A stretch of 64,000 nucleotides of DNA from Schmidtea polychroa (lineage: Eukaryota): NCBI GenBank assembly GCA_044892525.1, contig CM097885.1:139190001-139254000 (forward strand). Direction: 5' to 3'. Under the pieces are notes generated by a model that saw only the letters and a program-made list of their open reading frames with translations, searched no databases and was not told where the DNA came from. Of the stretch, positions 27,651 to 41,883 are shown piece by piece. Positions within the stretch are counted from its first letter, which is position 1. The number at the start of each line of letters is the position of its first letter. The position numbers and the translations under genes were made by a program.

Positions 27651-28333
27651 TATTTAGAGAAAAATAACTGAAACAAATACACTTCAAAATGGTTAAATAA
27701 ATAATGATAAAAAGTCATGTTACATGATAAAAACCATGACTTTTCTATTTCAGATAATTGTCATAAAATATTCATCCAATAATTTAATTATTATATTAAT
27801 CATTTATAATTTCACTTTTTATATTTAGTTAAACTATTTTCCATTTATATATGTACATTAAATTTTTTTTATATTTATATATGTATATTTTTATTAAGTT
27901 AAATTTATAAAAAAATAAGTTATTCCAACATATAGACTTATAATTAAAATTTAACTTTCTTGCTTATATGAAAAAATATCATAATTAAAGAATAAAAATA
28001 AATTACAAATAAATTTTAATTAATTCAGCCCTATCATGCATAAGTTTTCAAATTTTCATTGATAAGACCTCAAATGAAAAATGTTTGTAGACATTTATTA
28101 TTTATTTATTCATACTGTCACCTATTGAGATAATATAAAATTATTACATAAAATTACCTTGAGTATTCGATTGGGCGCATATATGAAAGAGGCAATTTTA
28201 TTTTTTGTTAAATTTTATTATTCAGGTTCCAAAAAGAATAACGAGTTTACGAAAATTTAATCGAATGCTTAAATATGACACTTTACTAAATAGGTATAGT
28301 TCTAGCATTTTAGTAAGTTGCATAAAAGACCAT

Positions 28334-28624
28334 TTAAATAAAATGACCAGAATTTTTTGACTTGAGAGCAATAGAAAGGATCGGAAAGTGCAGGTTATTA
28401 TGTACTCTACAAAAAATTATGTAATACAAAGAAAAAATTATTTCAATATTTTTATTTTCTTTTATAACGTTACAAAATTTTGCACATGTATACTGGAAAT
28501 TCACATTCATTGAAGTCACTGCTGAAAAGGTTTCTACCTTTATTCTGAATTTGTCAATCCTCAAGAAATCATTAATTATTGAAAATACTCTTTCAACTGT
28601 CACATTAGTACCAGGTAGGCACAT
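28334..28624 (-). pseudogene. hAT transposase C-terminal dimerization-domain fragment
   Basis: CLPGTNVTVERVFSIIN...KVETFSAV..VNFQYTCAKF matches the hAT dimerization motif. Confidence 0.8.
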
Positions 28625-29400
28625 TGTATATTCAACTGATAATTACAAATTTTTTGTAAGAATATACACATCTTTAAAATATTAGTTTATTTATATCCAA
28701 CGAAAGTTATTCTTTATTTTATTTTTATTTATTTCAATTCATTTTCCCATGCTTATTTGTCCAACATCAACGAGGAGTTCATTTTTATCAATAACAATTT
28801 CGTGATTTTCTACCACATAATGAATCAATCGTCTTAAAAATCTCCTCAATCTAATTTCTATTTCCTGTATCTCATCATTCTCTTTGAAATTCATATAATC
28901 TAATCAATAATAATTGATTTTCCTAATATTATCCAAAACTGTACAAGAAGTACACAACATTATACAAGCAGTACATAAAAATTGAGCAGCACAAACCAGC
29001 AAAATGAAGTACTGCACTTCAGAAAGAAGTACGTATGGACGCTTTAATTTAAGAGAATTACTGTTCCTTGAATTTGTTAAACTAATATTTGGAACTCTTA
29101 GTAAAATATATAAGATAAAATATTGTAATACTGTTTTTTATGTTGCGAGCTAAGTTAATAAATTTTAAAAATTAATCTGTTAAATGTTACAGTTTTCCTT
29201 TCAACATTCTCGTACATCAAGAATGCAAAAAATATAAAAGTCTGATAACATTCATTTCTTATATTACAGTTAAAATTATTGTATGTTTTTTTACTTAAAT
29301 GTCCGTATTCTTTTTAATACATGTTACGTGAATGTAAGCTCTCTTTTTCGCTAATAGTTTCCACAGGGAATTTTCTAAAGTAAATTATTTTTAAGTTTAA

Positions 29401-29620
29401 TCCTTTCAGTTCCAAACATACTTATGAAATAATTCAAATTTTTTCATATTTCATTTGTTTTGACAGGCTACGCATATTTATGATTACCAGTTATTTCTTT
29501 ACTAATAATGTAGTCTGGATTACGTATCTGCTGAAATAAAATTAGTTAAATAAATCTGGTTTACGTACACGGTTAAGATGTAATATGGGAACATATCTGT
29601 CTTTAATGGTTGTGAAAGGG
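29401..29620. mobile_element. piggyBac-like MITE, 220 bp
   Basis: TTAA at both ends (29397-400, 29621-24) and imperfect TIR TCCTTTCAGTTCC / GGTTGTGAAAGGG. Confidence 0.55.
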
Positions 29621-29806
29621 TTAATAAAAAATAATGATACTTGACAGCTTCATAGGAAACATAAACCATCATGCATCTTGACACTAAGCTGGCAAAAAAT
29701 AAAACCGAAGTTATCCGGGTCCGTGGTGGAGAACAAGTATTATCTCAAAGGGTTAATTACCAATTTTGATTTAAATTTTTATTTTCTTTGTAAAGAATTT
29801 ATAGTA

Positions 29807-30540
29807 CAGGTATCCCTCCTACAACACGGTATCCCACAACACGATTTCACTCTAACACGATTAAAAAAATTTCGGAAAACCTCTTATAACACGGTACTTC
29901 TACAACACTATTTTTTTAAAGAAAATTATAATATTGACATAAAATACAATTTGGGAATACCCTTATTTTATTATTTCAAGAATGCAAGTTTTAATTTATT
30001 TTTTGTGTATGTACACAAATTCGCTGTTTTAAAAAAATCTCAGTATGTTGGCTGGATTCCTAAATTTAAAAATTCTATGCAGGTGTTTTTTTATCCAATA
30101 GTTATGAATTCTTTTTGTAACATATAAATTTTAGCATTTTGTGGAGCCCATCGCAAGAGCGCAGACCATATTTTGTAAAATAGAAAAAAAGATTTTGTGT
30201 GGAATTGTTAAATAGTAAAAGGTAATTAATAAGGAGTTAATTTTTTGTAATTAAGTAAGACTATTTTTTGAAAAATAAATTTCAGTCCTAAACTATGTCT
30301 GGTGAAAATATAAAAACAATTCGGAAGAGAAAGTTTATTTCTTTAGAAGTAAAAATACAAATTTTAGATCGTCTGATAAAAGGAGAAAAAGCATGACACA
30401 TTGCAAAAACCCTAAATTTAAATGAGGCGACAGTCCGCACAATTAAGAAAAGTGAGAAGGAAATTAGGAGTGCTGTTGTTGCAGGATCTTCGAAATCCGT
30501 AAAGTTTTCAGCTCGTCCCCGTGTGCCAATAATTGAGCCT
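29807..30540 (+). mobile_element. Tigger-like transposon, 5' part only
   Basis: TA+CAGGTATCCCTCCTACAACACG terminus with CAACACG iterations. ATG at 30295 gives MSGENIKTIRKRKFISLEVKIQILDRLIKGEKA*HIAKTLNLNEATVRTI (CENP-B-type HTH). Truncated at ~30540. Confidence 0.85.
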
Positions 30541-31680
30541 TATTACAATTTCCAACCTCATGTAAAATAGCGATATATTAAAACATAAATGGCCAAAGAG
30601 TCGACCGCAATTTTATATTGCTGTTTAGGGTGCAAACTGGTTTTAATCTAGTAAATATCGGGATCTTGCAGTTTATCCACGTGGTGGGTTACAGGTAACC
30701 GAACTATACCCCTTAGTGCTGTTTGCAACGTAACCCACAATACCGCGTTGTTTTATCACTCTATACCCTTTGAGTAATCAACATTGGAACTGTATCTAAT
30801 GGGTGAATACTCGCAAAAAGTGAGCATACCTTTGTACACTATAATCGTCAAGCATTCGGCGGGTTCGTGGACTACCGTTAGAAGGTATTTGTCCGTTTTC
30901 ACTTGGATCCCTTAATAGAAAAAGTGCTTGTACGATTTGTAATAAACTCAAATTACGTTAAACTAATATTTATTAGCCATTATATTAAACAGCAGGGAAG
31001 TCCTATTTTGAATGCACGCATCGGAAGTTCTTTTGAATATTGCTTTCTCAACTTGACATCACTTCCGTCAGGTAGCTCTCGCCGCAACGGGTAGATTTCA
31101 TCATATACTGAAATTAACACAGGTTGAATAATTCTACTTATATTCCAACAAGAACACACGAAAATTCAAGCTATTTATTTATTCATACTATGGTTTTCGG
31201 ACATTTGAAAGTCTGGCAAAACCCGAATTCCCTGTTCCATAATTCGGCCATCCTTGCGGGCGCGCCGATTGGAACGCTCCTGTTTACTCGGCTTGCAGTG
31301 CTACTCTTGTTGATGGGTCGCGATTACTAACGCCGAAACCCGTTTGTTTCGATTTTCCACCGCGGCTGGAACTGCATCTGACTCGCCACGTATTGGTCCA
31401 CGTAGGCCTGGTTTGTCTGAGCTTCCAGTTGTCGGACTCAGATTTTATGACGCGTATCTTCAATTGGTCTTGGGAGTCTTGCGTTTGCAATTGCTCTATG
31501 AGTATCATCCTCTTCTGAATTTCTTCGGTGGAATCAGGTACCCTCTAGTTAGTGAGTTCACCCCTTGAGTTTTTCGATTCGAGTACGATAACTTTCTACC
31601 AACTGTAGAACAGTCTCCCGATCCGCCCACATATCTTCGTCCAGTTGGACCACTAAATATCAATAACACATTTAGGTATA
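30541..31680 (-). mobile_element. GC-richer decayed retroelement-like fragment (unassigned)
   Basis: Abrupt rise in GC that truncates the Tigger. Minus-strand KELPMRAFKIGLP is gag-like, and there is a possible PBS TGGTCCAAC at ~31650. Confidence 0.3.
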
Positions 31681-33099
31681 ATCTGGGAAATGACTAGGAG
31701 AATAATAAAAATTAATAATATTATTATAAGAACTTTTTTCAATTTTCACCTCTGATTTCTTCTTAATTGACATTGTATTTATTAAAAAATTGATAATAAA
31801 TCAGTAAAGATATCGATTTTTTTTTATATTGACGATTTTTTTCAAGTGTAATATATATGTAATGAAAATGTAGCGGGTGCCTTGATAGACTGAAATATTC
31901 ACCAAGCGGCTTTAATTAGATCGTTCCTTGATTTCACCAACCGACTTAAAAAGAATAATGTATAAGTCTTACAAATTTCAAACTAAGTTGAGAAAAAAAC
32001 CGGAAAAATCAAAAGATAAAACTGAAAAAGAACCAGAAAAGAAAAATGAAGCCAAAAATATTCCGATTAATCCGAATTTTAAGGAAGAAACTATAACCCC
32101 AATTATGTACACCCAAAACTAAGGAGAAATATTATGGAAAAAATTCATTAAAGAAATCCTAAAAGAAATAATTATTATTTAAATTATAATAATTATAAGA
32201 ATACCAAACCAGAACATTTTTAAACATGAAAAAGATTTTAATAATGAAAAGTATTTTAATATTAAAAATAATATTAAAAATATCGAAATTATAATTGAAA
32301 ATGAAAACGTCAGAAAATTATCAAAAAAAAAATTATCAGAAAAATATCACAAGGACAATGACAAAAATTTATGTTTTAAATTGATCAATTTTTTTGGGAA
32401 ACTAAAATAAAAACAAGTAAAATAATTTATGCCAATAAAAAAATGAAATGCAAATTTTCTTAATAAAACATTCATATTTTGTTTAATTTAATGAAGAATT
32501 ATACCTGAGAGAGGTTTTGCAATGGAGGTATGAAATTATATTATTACACAGTAATTATAATTGAAATTTATAAATTAGAAGCGTAAACATTATATTGTAA
32601 ATATCTAAGAATTTGCCAATGTAGTGAACTGCGTGTGTATCTCTGTGTTTATTGGATATTAAATGCGTTACAGTTATTATATTAAATCAAAATACTATGA
32701 AACAACAGATTTATCATATTTGATAACAAAGAAAATAACTTTATAAACTTTTAAAAATTCTTCATAAATTTAACATTAAATCAATGAGATTTTTTAAAAA
32801 ATTTTGTAATTTCTAAATTAATTAGAAATCGTTTTTATAAAATTCTTAATAAATAGTATAAAATACACGATGTTGATTTATTTTAGGCTTTTTTAATAAT
32901 TTTTTTTTCTAATAATGACATTTTACTTATTAATTCATAAAATAATAGAAAATATTTTTTTATATTTTTTTTATATTTTTTTAATAATTGCATTTTACTT
33001 TTTAATTCATATAAAAATAGAAAATTTACATCCAAATCCAAATCTAAATCTAAATATTTTTGTACAACTTCAGAAAGTATTGGGTCATAATTTATTATA

Positions 33100-33237
33100 A
33101 TTTTATTAATGTATATTAATGTATTAATGTATTTTATTAATGTATATATAATTTTATTAATGTATATATAATTTTTTTAATGTATATATAACTTATTAAT
33201 TTATATATAATTTATTAATGTATATATAATTTTATTA
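33100..33237. repeat. ~20-bp AT minisatellite (ATTTTATTAATGTATATATA)n
   Basis: Six to seven imperfect tandem copies. Confidence 0.8.
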
Positions 33238-33852
33238 CAAAAAATTTATAAAGAAATATATCTAAAATATTTTATTGTTATAAACTGTAAACCAATTGAA
33301 TCCAAATAGATTTTTGGATATAATTAAATACTCAACCCCGTCATATTGAGGAATACATTAAAATGCGGTTTTTTAGTAAAGTCTATTGGGGGAAAAATTT
33401 ATTTCAAAAATCAACAAAATTTTCAAAAAACTTATATTTATTTTATCTTTATTTTTTTTCATGAAATTTGAAATCTGTAAAATTGAATAGTTTTATCAAT
33501 TTGGTGTTAAATGTAAAATAAATAAATATTTACTGTCATTTAATTATTTCTACTGGCAATCTGTTGCTTAACAAATAACATATTGGGTAAAGTTTATATA
33601 CTTTCAATATTTATTTATTTTATATTTAATAAACTAAATTAATTAATTTCTATAATTTCTTACTTTGAATCGAAATTTGTGAAGGAATGAATAATTGTTC
33701 CATTTCTTTTTTCAATGTAACCAATTTTATGTATATATATATATATATATATATTCTTATATTCTTAATTTAATTTTCATATTTTAATAATATATAATAC
33801 AATAAAATTAAAATAATTTAAAGAGTGTTTTATACCTTGTCAGGGAATTTTT

Positions 33853-33994
33853 NNNNNNNNNNNNNNNNNNNNNNNNNNNNNNNNNNNNNNNNNNNNNNNN
33901 NNNNNNNNNNNNNNNNNNNNNNNNNNNNNNNNNNNNNNNNNNNNNNNNNNNNNNNNNNNNNNNNNNNNNNNNNNNNNNNNNNNNNNNNNNNNNN
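33853..33994. other. Assembly gap (N run)
   Basis: 142 N. Confidence 1.
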
Positions 33995-36632
33995 TAAGGG
34001 ATGCAATTATTTTATATACCTCTAATATTTTTCACTTGCGTCCTTTAGTAATTCAGAAATTATTTTCCTAATTCTATTACATTTACATAGAATTTGACAT
34101 TTCTGTTATATTTTCATAAGACGAATATATTAAAATAAAATAAACTCGTAAATGACTTAATACTGATATAGAAATAGAAAACAATCGAAATACACAAACA
34201 AAAATTACACAAAAAGTTAATTTATTATTTGTTTTTATAATTCAAAGTTTGACCGAAATTTACTTACTGTATTCAGCACACATTCAAATTTTTCCTGATT
34301 AAATTTTTTTTACAACATACTTGGTGAATAATCAATGAATTTCTGTATTTTTTTTCTTTATCTTTTTCACAATTACTATAAAATCTGCATTTGAATCATT
34401 AAAACATAAATGAGAATTGTTGAGAATTTGTTAACTACCCAGTTAATTATTTTTCATTCAACTTGCATTTATATAGAAAAATGCCCATTTTATCACACAA
34501 ATAATTCCCTGTCAAATATAAACCTAGAAAGTAATTCCCTAATTTCTTTATATCATAAAATAGTGGCGAGGTTATCTGATTTCCTTAATCATTTTGAAAT
34601 TTTCTTTTAACTAATTTGAATGAATGCGTATATGAAAGTTACCATGAATAATCTTCTGCATGAATTATATATGGGTTTCTTTTTGATCTTTAATTTATTC
34701 TTTGGCGAAATTATTCTTGTAATCCGGGATGAATTGATTTAGCGGGAGAATTAGACGAGCTTGAATGAAAGAAATAAGTGAAATGACAACTGAATATTAT
34801 ATTTTTTTGAAAAAATATTATTTTTTATTAACTATTGTAATGAAATTTTTTCTTATTTTATTAGTGAATATGATCAGGAAAATTCACTATTTTTAGTCGC
34901 ATTAAAATTTTAGCGTAAAACGTTGGAACTTATGAAAAAAGTGAAATAATTTAAAATAATTTAACAATGAAATTTATTAGTTTCAAATTAAATTAAAAAT
35001 TCATTTTGACTATGAATATCAAATTACATAAATATAATAAATTGTAAAAGTTAAAAATGAAAAAATCTGAGTAGATTTAATCTCATTGAATATTAATGTG
35101 TGTCATGGGAAATTTATTCATTAACAGCATCATACAAAGTTCTAAAGTAAAGGAATAAGAAAAAGTATATAAATCACAAAAACTTTTCTTTCTTTTGTTT
35201 TTTGTTTTTTCTTCTTTTTGATTTTTTATTCTTTTTTCTTTTCTTTTGTGGGTTTCATATTAAATCAAACGATCTCAACTAAAATATACTTCGAAGAATT
35301 GGATAATTTTACATGAAAAGATAAAATATTACATAGATGAACAAAAAATAAATTTTACTGCATATTGAAAACTTTACCCGAATAATTCTCGCTGCGTGAA
35401 TGGCTTCAAGCAAAGATTGATAAATTTTCAACATTTACAATTAAATGAAATTTTTATCATTTTTTTACAATAAATTTTATTTTTACAAATAGAAAAATGA
35501 TAACGGAAAAATCTTTAGATTGCAATAAAAAGTCGGAAATTCGTGTGAAATATAAAACAAAATATTGACATATAGTTTGAAATGAAATAAAAGCAAGGGA
35601 AATTGAAAATAAAAATAAATCAATTTTGTATAGGATAAAATATTTTACTGTTATTAAGAATTAAAGGATGAAAATGAGAATTTGTTAATGATTATTAATT
35701 AATTAGGGGGAGAACTGTTGTGATGTATGAACAAAAACAATTCAATTGAAGTTTTTGAGTTGGTCAATTTTTTTCATGAAAAAGAAAGAGCAACTTTATT
35801 GAATTTCAAAAATTCATGTAAAATTTTTTTAAATGTAAAATTTATTTAAAAAGGCATTCTTATTTATAAAAACTTTCTGAACATTTAAAACCTTTTTGAA
35901 AATGCTTGACACTCTTTTTCTTTCTGTCATAACGTGGGAGGAGGGGGAGGTAAATAGTTTAAAAAGTATCATTTACAGTATTTATAGGTTGCGGGGACTT
36001 ATTTTTGTAAAATTTCAGAACATTTCAAATACCTGAAAATTCAAGTTGGTTTATTAGCGGCATATTTTTTCCCCACTTTTTGTTCTTCTATTTAAGAATT
36101 TACAGAATTCTTAAAAAACAAATAATTCTTTTGCAATACTATAAATAGAAACCAATTTAAAAGCTATTAATTTGACGTATTTTATGTTTTAACCTATTTT
36201 GACAATACATGTAACACTAGGTCAGTGGTTCTCAACCTTTTGTGTTGGCAACTCTATTGATATTTGGATATATTGGATGGTGTACAGAAAGATTTTTGGG
36301 GGTACGGTCTAGATTTTGTCCTCATATGTAAAATCCTATTGATACATAAAATTTCTACTTTCTATTTTTTTAAATAATTTTTCGAATTTGTGAAAAAATA
36401 CTCGATGTTCACTTTAAATGAGAAAATTTTTTTATCTTGTATTTTTTTGGTAGTTTCCACTCATGTCGCTTTGTAAGTATGCTTCATATGGTTTTGAAAT
36501 CGTGTCATAGTCGGGAAACAGGGGCTCTTAATTCGAAAAATGCGACAGTCATAAATATTTTTAAAAATGTCAGAATATGGATTTGCATACAGAATATGAA
36601 AATAAAAAAAGGATATTTTTTTGATGTACAAG

Positions 36633-38018
36633 TAAAGATGTCAATTATCCGGACTTTCTGGTATCCGGATATCAAATAGCTTAAACATGAAATATCCGGA
36701 TATCCGGATACTATTCGGATATTTGCCAATTCTGAAATTTAGAAAAAAAAATCAAAATATTTTAGTTTTTAAGTTCATTTTATTTAATTCAAGAAAAAGA
36801 AAGTATATAATAATATAGTTTTATTATTTTTAATCATTATTAATTTATTATTCATTATTGAAATAATATTTCAAGAATACCAAAGCGTTCAACAATGGAA
36901 ACTGAAGTCTACTTTTTAATTTTGTTGAAAATGTACCAGCCACCGAGAAAACTCTCTCACTGCTAGTGGAGGTTGGTTGAATCGTATTAAGAGCATTCAA
37001 AAGTTTTTCTAAGTTGTGAGTTAGTTTTCCATTGCCTTCAAGAAGTTTAAATTCTTTTTGTAGAGTCAAAATTATTTTTTTGAAATTTTGTTGGATTTTC
37101 ACTGCTCATGGAAGCTATAGATTTTTTCAATTCCAAAACCAATGTAATCGGTTCGCAAATTTCATCCTCAGATCCGGACGAAGACACATGATTTTCATCT
37201 TCTGGAATTGCATACAATCGACTCATTGTATCTTTTGCATAGGCATAGATTGCTGGTTTCGAAGCATATGTAATATCATCAAAATTATCATCTCGGGAGA
37301 TTGATGAATTTTGTAGAAATTTCATCAAAGATACTACTTCTTTATTTCTTCGTTTTTAAATTTCTGTTTTTAATGACGTCAACATTTCATTGCTCAAATC
37401 TGAATCAATATCGTTTAATTTTTTAAACATAAATTTAAAAACACCTTCGCTAGATAAAAATGTTGCTTGTTCGTTACTCAACTCTTTTACACCTAATTCA
37501 AGTGGTTTTAAGATATTTAACATATTTTCTAGGATTACGAAATTTTGTTCACTGTAATATTCTTTTTCCGTTCCTAATAAGTCAATCAATGATTGTTTAA
37601 TACATTTTTTTAACTTTAGGAGTCGCTCAATCATAGGGACCAATGAGTTCCACCTGGTTTTGCAATCCAACAGTAAATGTAATTCTTTATAATATAATGT
37701 TTTTTTGATTTAATTGTTGTAAATGACTTTTTTAACTATAAGAAATAAAATATTTTATATAAATAATTCATCTACAAATATTTATAATAGTTTTTTTACT
37801 TATCAAAATACGGTGACACAATGTCAAAATTGGTTGACACATTGTCAAAATACGATGAAAAACCCTGTAAAATTCAAATTTTTGAAACGATAAAAATTTA
37901 CTTTTTCGAAAATAAAATATCCGGATAATTGATTCAAAATATCCGGATTTCGAATTATCCGTAATTCAGAAAATATCCGGATAATTCAAACCGATTATTA
38001 TCCGGATTGCCATCCCTA
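36633..38018 (-). mobile_element. hAT (Ac/hobo-like) internally deleted element, 1386 bp
   Basis: 8-bp TSD TGTACAAG at 36625-32 and 38019-26, TIRs TAAAGATGTCAA / TAGGGATGGCAA, and subterminal TATCCGGA arrays. Frameshifted transposase pieces DCKTRWNSLVPMIERLL and PTSTSSERVFSVAG. Confidence 0.93.
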
Positions 38019-39177
38019 TGTACAAGCTTTTCAATGACAATATTTTTTTCAAAAATAATTAATCTTTATCTTCTGTTAATTTATTATATCCTTTTTAAAA
38101 TTTCGTTGTCTGAGAACGTTCGAACCCAGAAATCAGACTACGTGATTTTATTTTTTTAAATAGATATTACGAATGATATAATTTTATGTAATTTACTTTT
38201 GAAAATTTATTATTTTGAATATAACATATTTTGAATAACATTGGTAAAATTTTTTTATTGCAGCTCCGTAATATTTTCTTTTGAATTTTATTTATTATTA
38301 TAGCTCCTAAGTTGAAAAAGGTTCCCGACCTATGAACCAAGTCAAGGGAAATTTGTCAAAATCTAATTTCTGGTGGTTAAATGACAATAGATCCTATAAC
38401 TCACTAAGATATTCATCATTTTAAATGACGCCTTGTTGCATTTTTTTGAATTGTCAGAATTTAGATTAAATTTAGTTTTTTAAATTATGTTTTACGTATT
38501 TAATTTTTGTATAAGCTGTAATGAAATTATTTAGCACTATAAACAACGAACTCAATAAATAATAAAATAATAATAAATTTATAGAAATAATTGAAAGATA
38601 GATTCAAAATCTTCTTTAATTTTATGAGTGAGGACAAAACAGGGTAACATTTGGTTTCAGAAATTTTTATTACAGAATTGGTTTATCAATCTTTGAAAGT
38701 GATTTCAATTTGTTATTGACAGTAGAAAAAGAAAAAGTTGAAAAATGATGAGACTCATGATAAAATTGATATAAAACTTTATTATAATTTTCGTAGATAT
38801 TATTACCTAGACTTCTAATTTTTAGTAATTCTTACCAAGATATTATCGAAACTTTATTTGCTTTTAAGATGAACGAAATATTTTCAATTTGAGCTGTCAA
38901 TCGACTTTTATGATATTTTAAAAATTTATTTGAAATATTTATTAAAATTATGCTGAAGAATATTTTGTTTTACTTTTTTTAAGATGAAAGTATTTTAAAC
39001 AAAATAATTTGCAAGAATAACATCAAGAGCTCCAATCAATTCATGAAGCATTCTGATCCATTAAATTCCCATTGAAATGAATGAAACCGGAAATGAATTT
39101 CCATTCTTATAGAAATTAAATTTTACAACTAAATTTAATAATCACTTGGTATTAAAATATGACAAATGAAAATTACT

Positions 39178-39331
39178 NNNNNNNNNNNNNNNNNNNNNNN
39201 NNNNNNNNNNNNNNNNNNNNNNNNNNNNNNNNNNNNNNNNNNNNNNNNNNNNNNNNNNNNNNNNNNNNNNNNNNNNNNNNNNNNNNNNNNNNNNNNNNNN
39301 NNNNNNNNNNNNNNNNNNNNNNNNNNNNNNN
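39178..39331. other. Assembly gap (N run)
   Basis: 154 N. Confidence 1.
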
Positions 39332-39470
39332 GTAGCAGCATTTATTAAATTTTAAAACAATTAAATGATAATTTAAGCCTTTTGTGGAGAATAATTTGTA
39401 TTAAATATATTATTCGCATCAAAAGGCTTATATTATCATTTAATTGTTTAAAAATAATAATAATAATAAT
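39332..39470. repeat. Fold-back (hairpin) copy of the 27413/41884 family followed by (TAA)n
   Basis: Arms 39350-39395 and ~39409-39454 are reverse complements (AAACAATTAAATGATAAT..TAAGCCTTTTG). Confidence 0.85.
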
Positions 39471-39728
39471 AGCCACTGATTTTTTTAATACTTTTTATTA
39501 ATGATATTTTAATTAATTACATCAAAAATTTGTTAATTGTAAACATTCAAATCAAAGCTTTATGAAAGCAATAAGAAAAACATTAAAATTCTTAAACAGT
39601 TGATTTAACAATTCGTTGTTTAAATCATCAAGATCTCACTTTAAATTTATTGAATAATAATGTTGAAAACATGTGAAAGGATTTATATTTAATATTTGTT
39701 GTAAAAATATAAAAATATTTATCTATAC

Positions 39729-39977
39729 AAGTGGTGGCCAACCCAAATCAATCGAAGGGTCAAATTTTCGGAAAAATACTATCACGGGCCACAATAAATT
39801 CATTTAAATAAATATAACTCGTTTTTACGATTTAAGTAAACTTAGAATCAATTTTTTAAATAAAAAACATGCTTAATTCGAATATGAATTCTAAAAAAGA
39901 CAATTGTTGATTTGATGTTTAAAATTGTGTCCGGGCCACATCAAAACGCTTCGCGGGCCACCGTTTGGCCATGGCTG
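39729..39977. mobile_element. hAT Charlie/Buster-type MITE, 249 bp
   Basis: TSD ATCTATAC on both sides (nnnTAnnn), TIRs AAGTGGTGGCCAA / TTGGCCATGGCTG, and internal CGGGCCAC motifs. Confidence 0.88.
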
Positions 39978-40959
39978 ATCTATACTATGGATTATATAGT
40001 CTAAAGAGAAATAATGAAGGAGAAAGTGAAAAACATACATAAATTAACGTTGAAATGAATTGAAAATTTCATTGATTATTTTGAAATTGTTTTTAAAAAT
40101 TTTAATTTTTTACAATTACAAGACATATTTATGCGTATTTTATTAATTGAAAATCGCAAATGAAAAGAAATAAAACAATTTTGATCATCAGATTTTGTTT
40201 ATGCCAAAATTTAAGAAGAATATAATAATTTTCTTTTCTTCCGAAGAAAAAGTGATGTAATTGTCACCAACATATTGAATGTATGTAGATCCCTAAGAAA
40301 TATCGTTATATATTTTATGGAATATATATAATGGAATATTTTAATATTTTTGGTTATAAATAACTACTGTCTATTATTTAAACAAACTGGTCATTCCTTT
40401 TACCGAGATCCACTTTTGATTAATAATTAGTCGAAAAAGTAATTCAATAATATCAGGTAGTTTTTTCAATTTTTTAAATAAATTTATTTAAGAAATTAAA
40501 ATTTGGCTACATAATTTAAACGACTTAAAAATCCTATAAAACAAGTCGAATATGAGTATTTATTTTAAATTTATTTCTTAGTCATATAATTCCGGCTATG
40601 TTTAATGTTTTCGCTTGTTTTGATAATTACTATTTATTTATATTTATTTTTAATTAGTATATTTGAGGAAAATATATTTTAACACATATGAGGTTGTAAA
40701 AGGGAGTAAGACTTTTAAAGACACGATGGAATAGTGGATTATATATTTTACACTGATATCTAAAACTATGTTAATTATTTTCGGTTAAAGTTCATTTTCA
40801 AAAAAAATATATTTTCCAAAGAAGCTAATAATTTTTCATTTGCCTTTTTTTGATATTCCAATCTTCACAAACCATTTTGAAATAGATTTACTAATTTATT
40901 TTTATTTATTTATTTTTTTTTATTTATTATTTATTTATTAATTTATAAATATTTATTGT

Positions 40960-41130
40960 TTCAATTAAAGTTATGATTGTTGTGATTAGAAAAGCATTAA
41001 TCACACAAAACCATTTTAACAAAAGATTAATTTAATTTTGTTTAAATAATTTAGAATTGTGATGAAAAAAATATTTGAATTTTGTTAAATCATTATGTCA
41101 AATGATAACATTGGCGACCACGCGGCAATT
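40960..41130 (+). mobile_element. LTR end plus PBS fragment of a Gypsy-type element
   Basis: ...TAACA followed by (T)TGGCGACCAC at 41112-41121, the same PBS as at 21983. The left boundary is a guess. Confidence 0.4.
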
Positions 41131-41883
41131 CAACAACAACCAGAAGTGGTTATTTCAGTGACTTGAAATGTGCACTATTACTACTAAACGGGTTTATTTT
41201 ATTTTCAGTTTCAAAAGATTTGAAGCACGTATATTTATGGTCTTTTATATAATTTGACCATAAATGTGATGTTTCCTTAAAAATCCCGAATTTTGTTATA
41301 CTTTGCAAATATATTAATTTCATCTGAGCATTATAGATAAAAATTTTAAGCATATAAGCTAAGCTTAAGAATAAATTCCTCATTGTAATTTGCAACTTCT
41401 TACATGACCCACCACTGTGTCAGAACTTACCCTTTTGCACCTGTGATCAAAATCATTCGTGATTAAATCGATAATAAATATTCACGTCTATTTAGTTATT
41501 TTAATTATTTCAAATCCTATGGAGAGTTAATTCTCTTTAAACAGTTAACCTGGAATTAAAAAAAATTATCAGTAAAATTCTTAATTATTTTGGTCCCCTT
41601 TGATCTGTTTGAAATTTAACATCTTTAATACTGGATTAAGACAACATCAAAAATTTGTGTTGAGTAAGATAAAGAATAGTTGATCTTTTGTCAAACTAAA
41701 ATTAAGATAAATTGGCCATTTTACTTAATTACTGAAAGAATAAGAACAATTATAGACAATTTTTGATTAAGATAGAATATAGAACCGCGATTAAATATTA
41801 TAAATGCACTCGGTTTCTTATATTCTTCTTTTTCTTCGTCATTATTATTATTATTATTATTAGTATAAAGTGATGATTTCTTG

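Noticed and set aside
28226-28293. Exon-like segment (TTCAG acceptor, GTATAG donor) as the last AP1S exon
   Set aside because: The peptide VPKRITSLRKFNRML... shows no similarity to sigma-adaptin C-termini and there is no other support.
36223-38334. Charlie-like MITE ends (CAGTGGTTCTCAACCTTTT and AAAAGGTTCCCGACCTATG) enclosing the hAT as one element
   Set aside because: The TIRs belong to different sequence types and the putative TSDs match only 5/8 (CACTAGGT vs AACCAAGT). Probably unrelated fragments.
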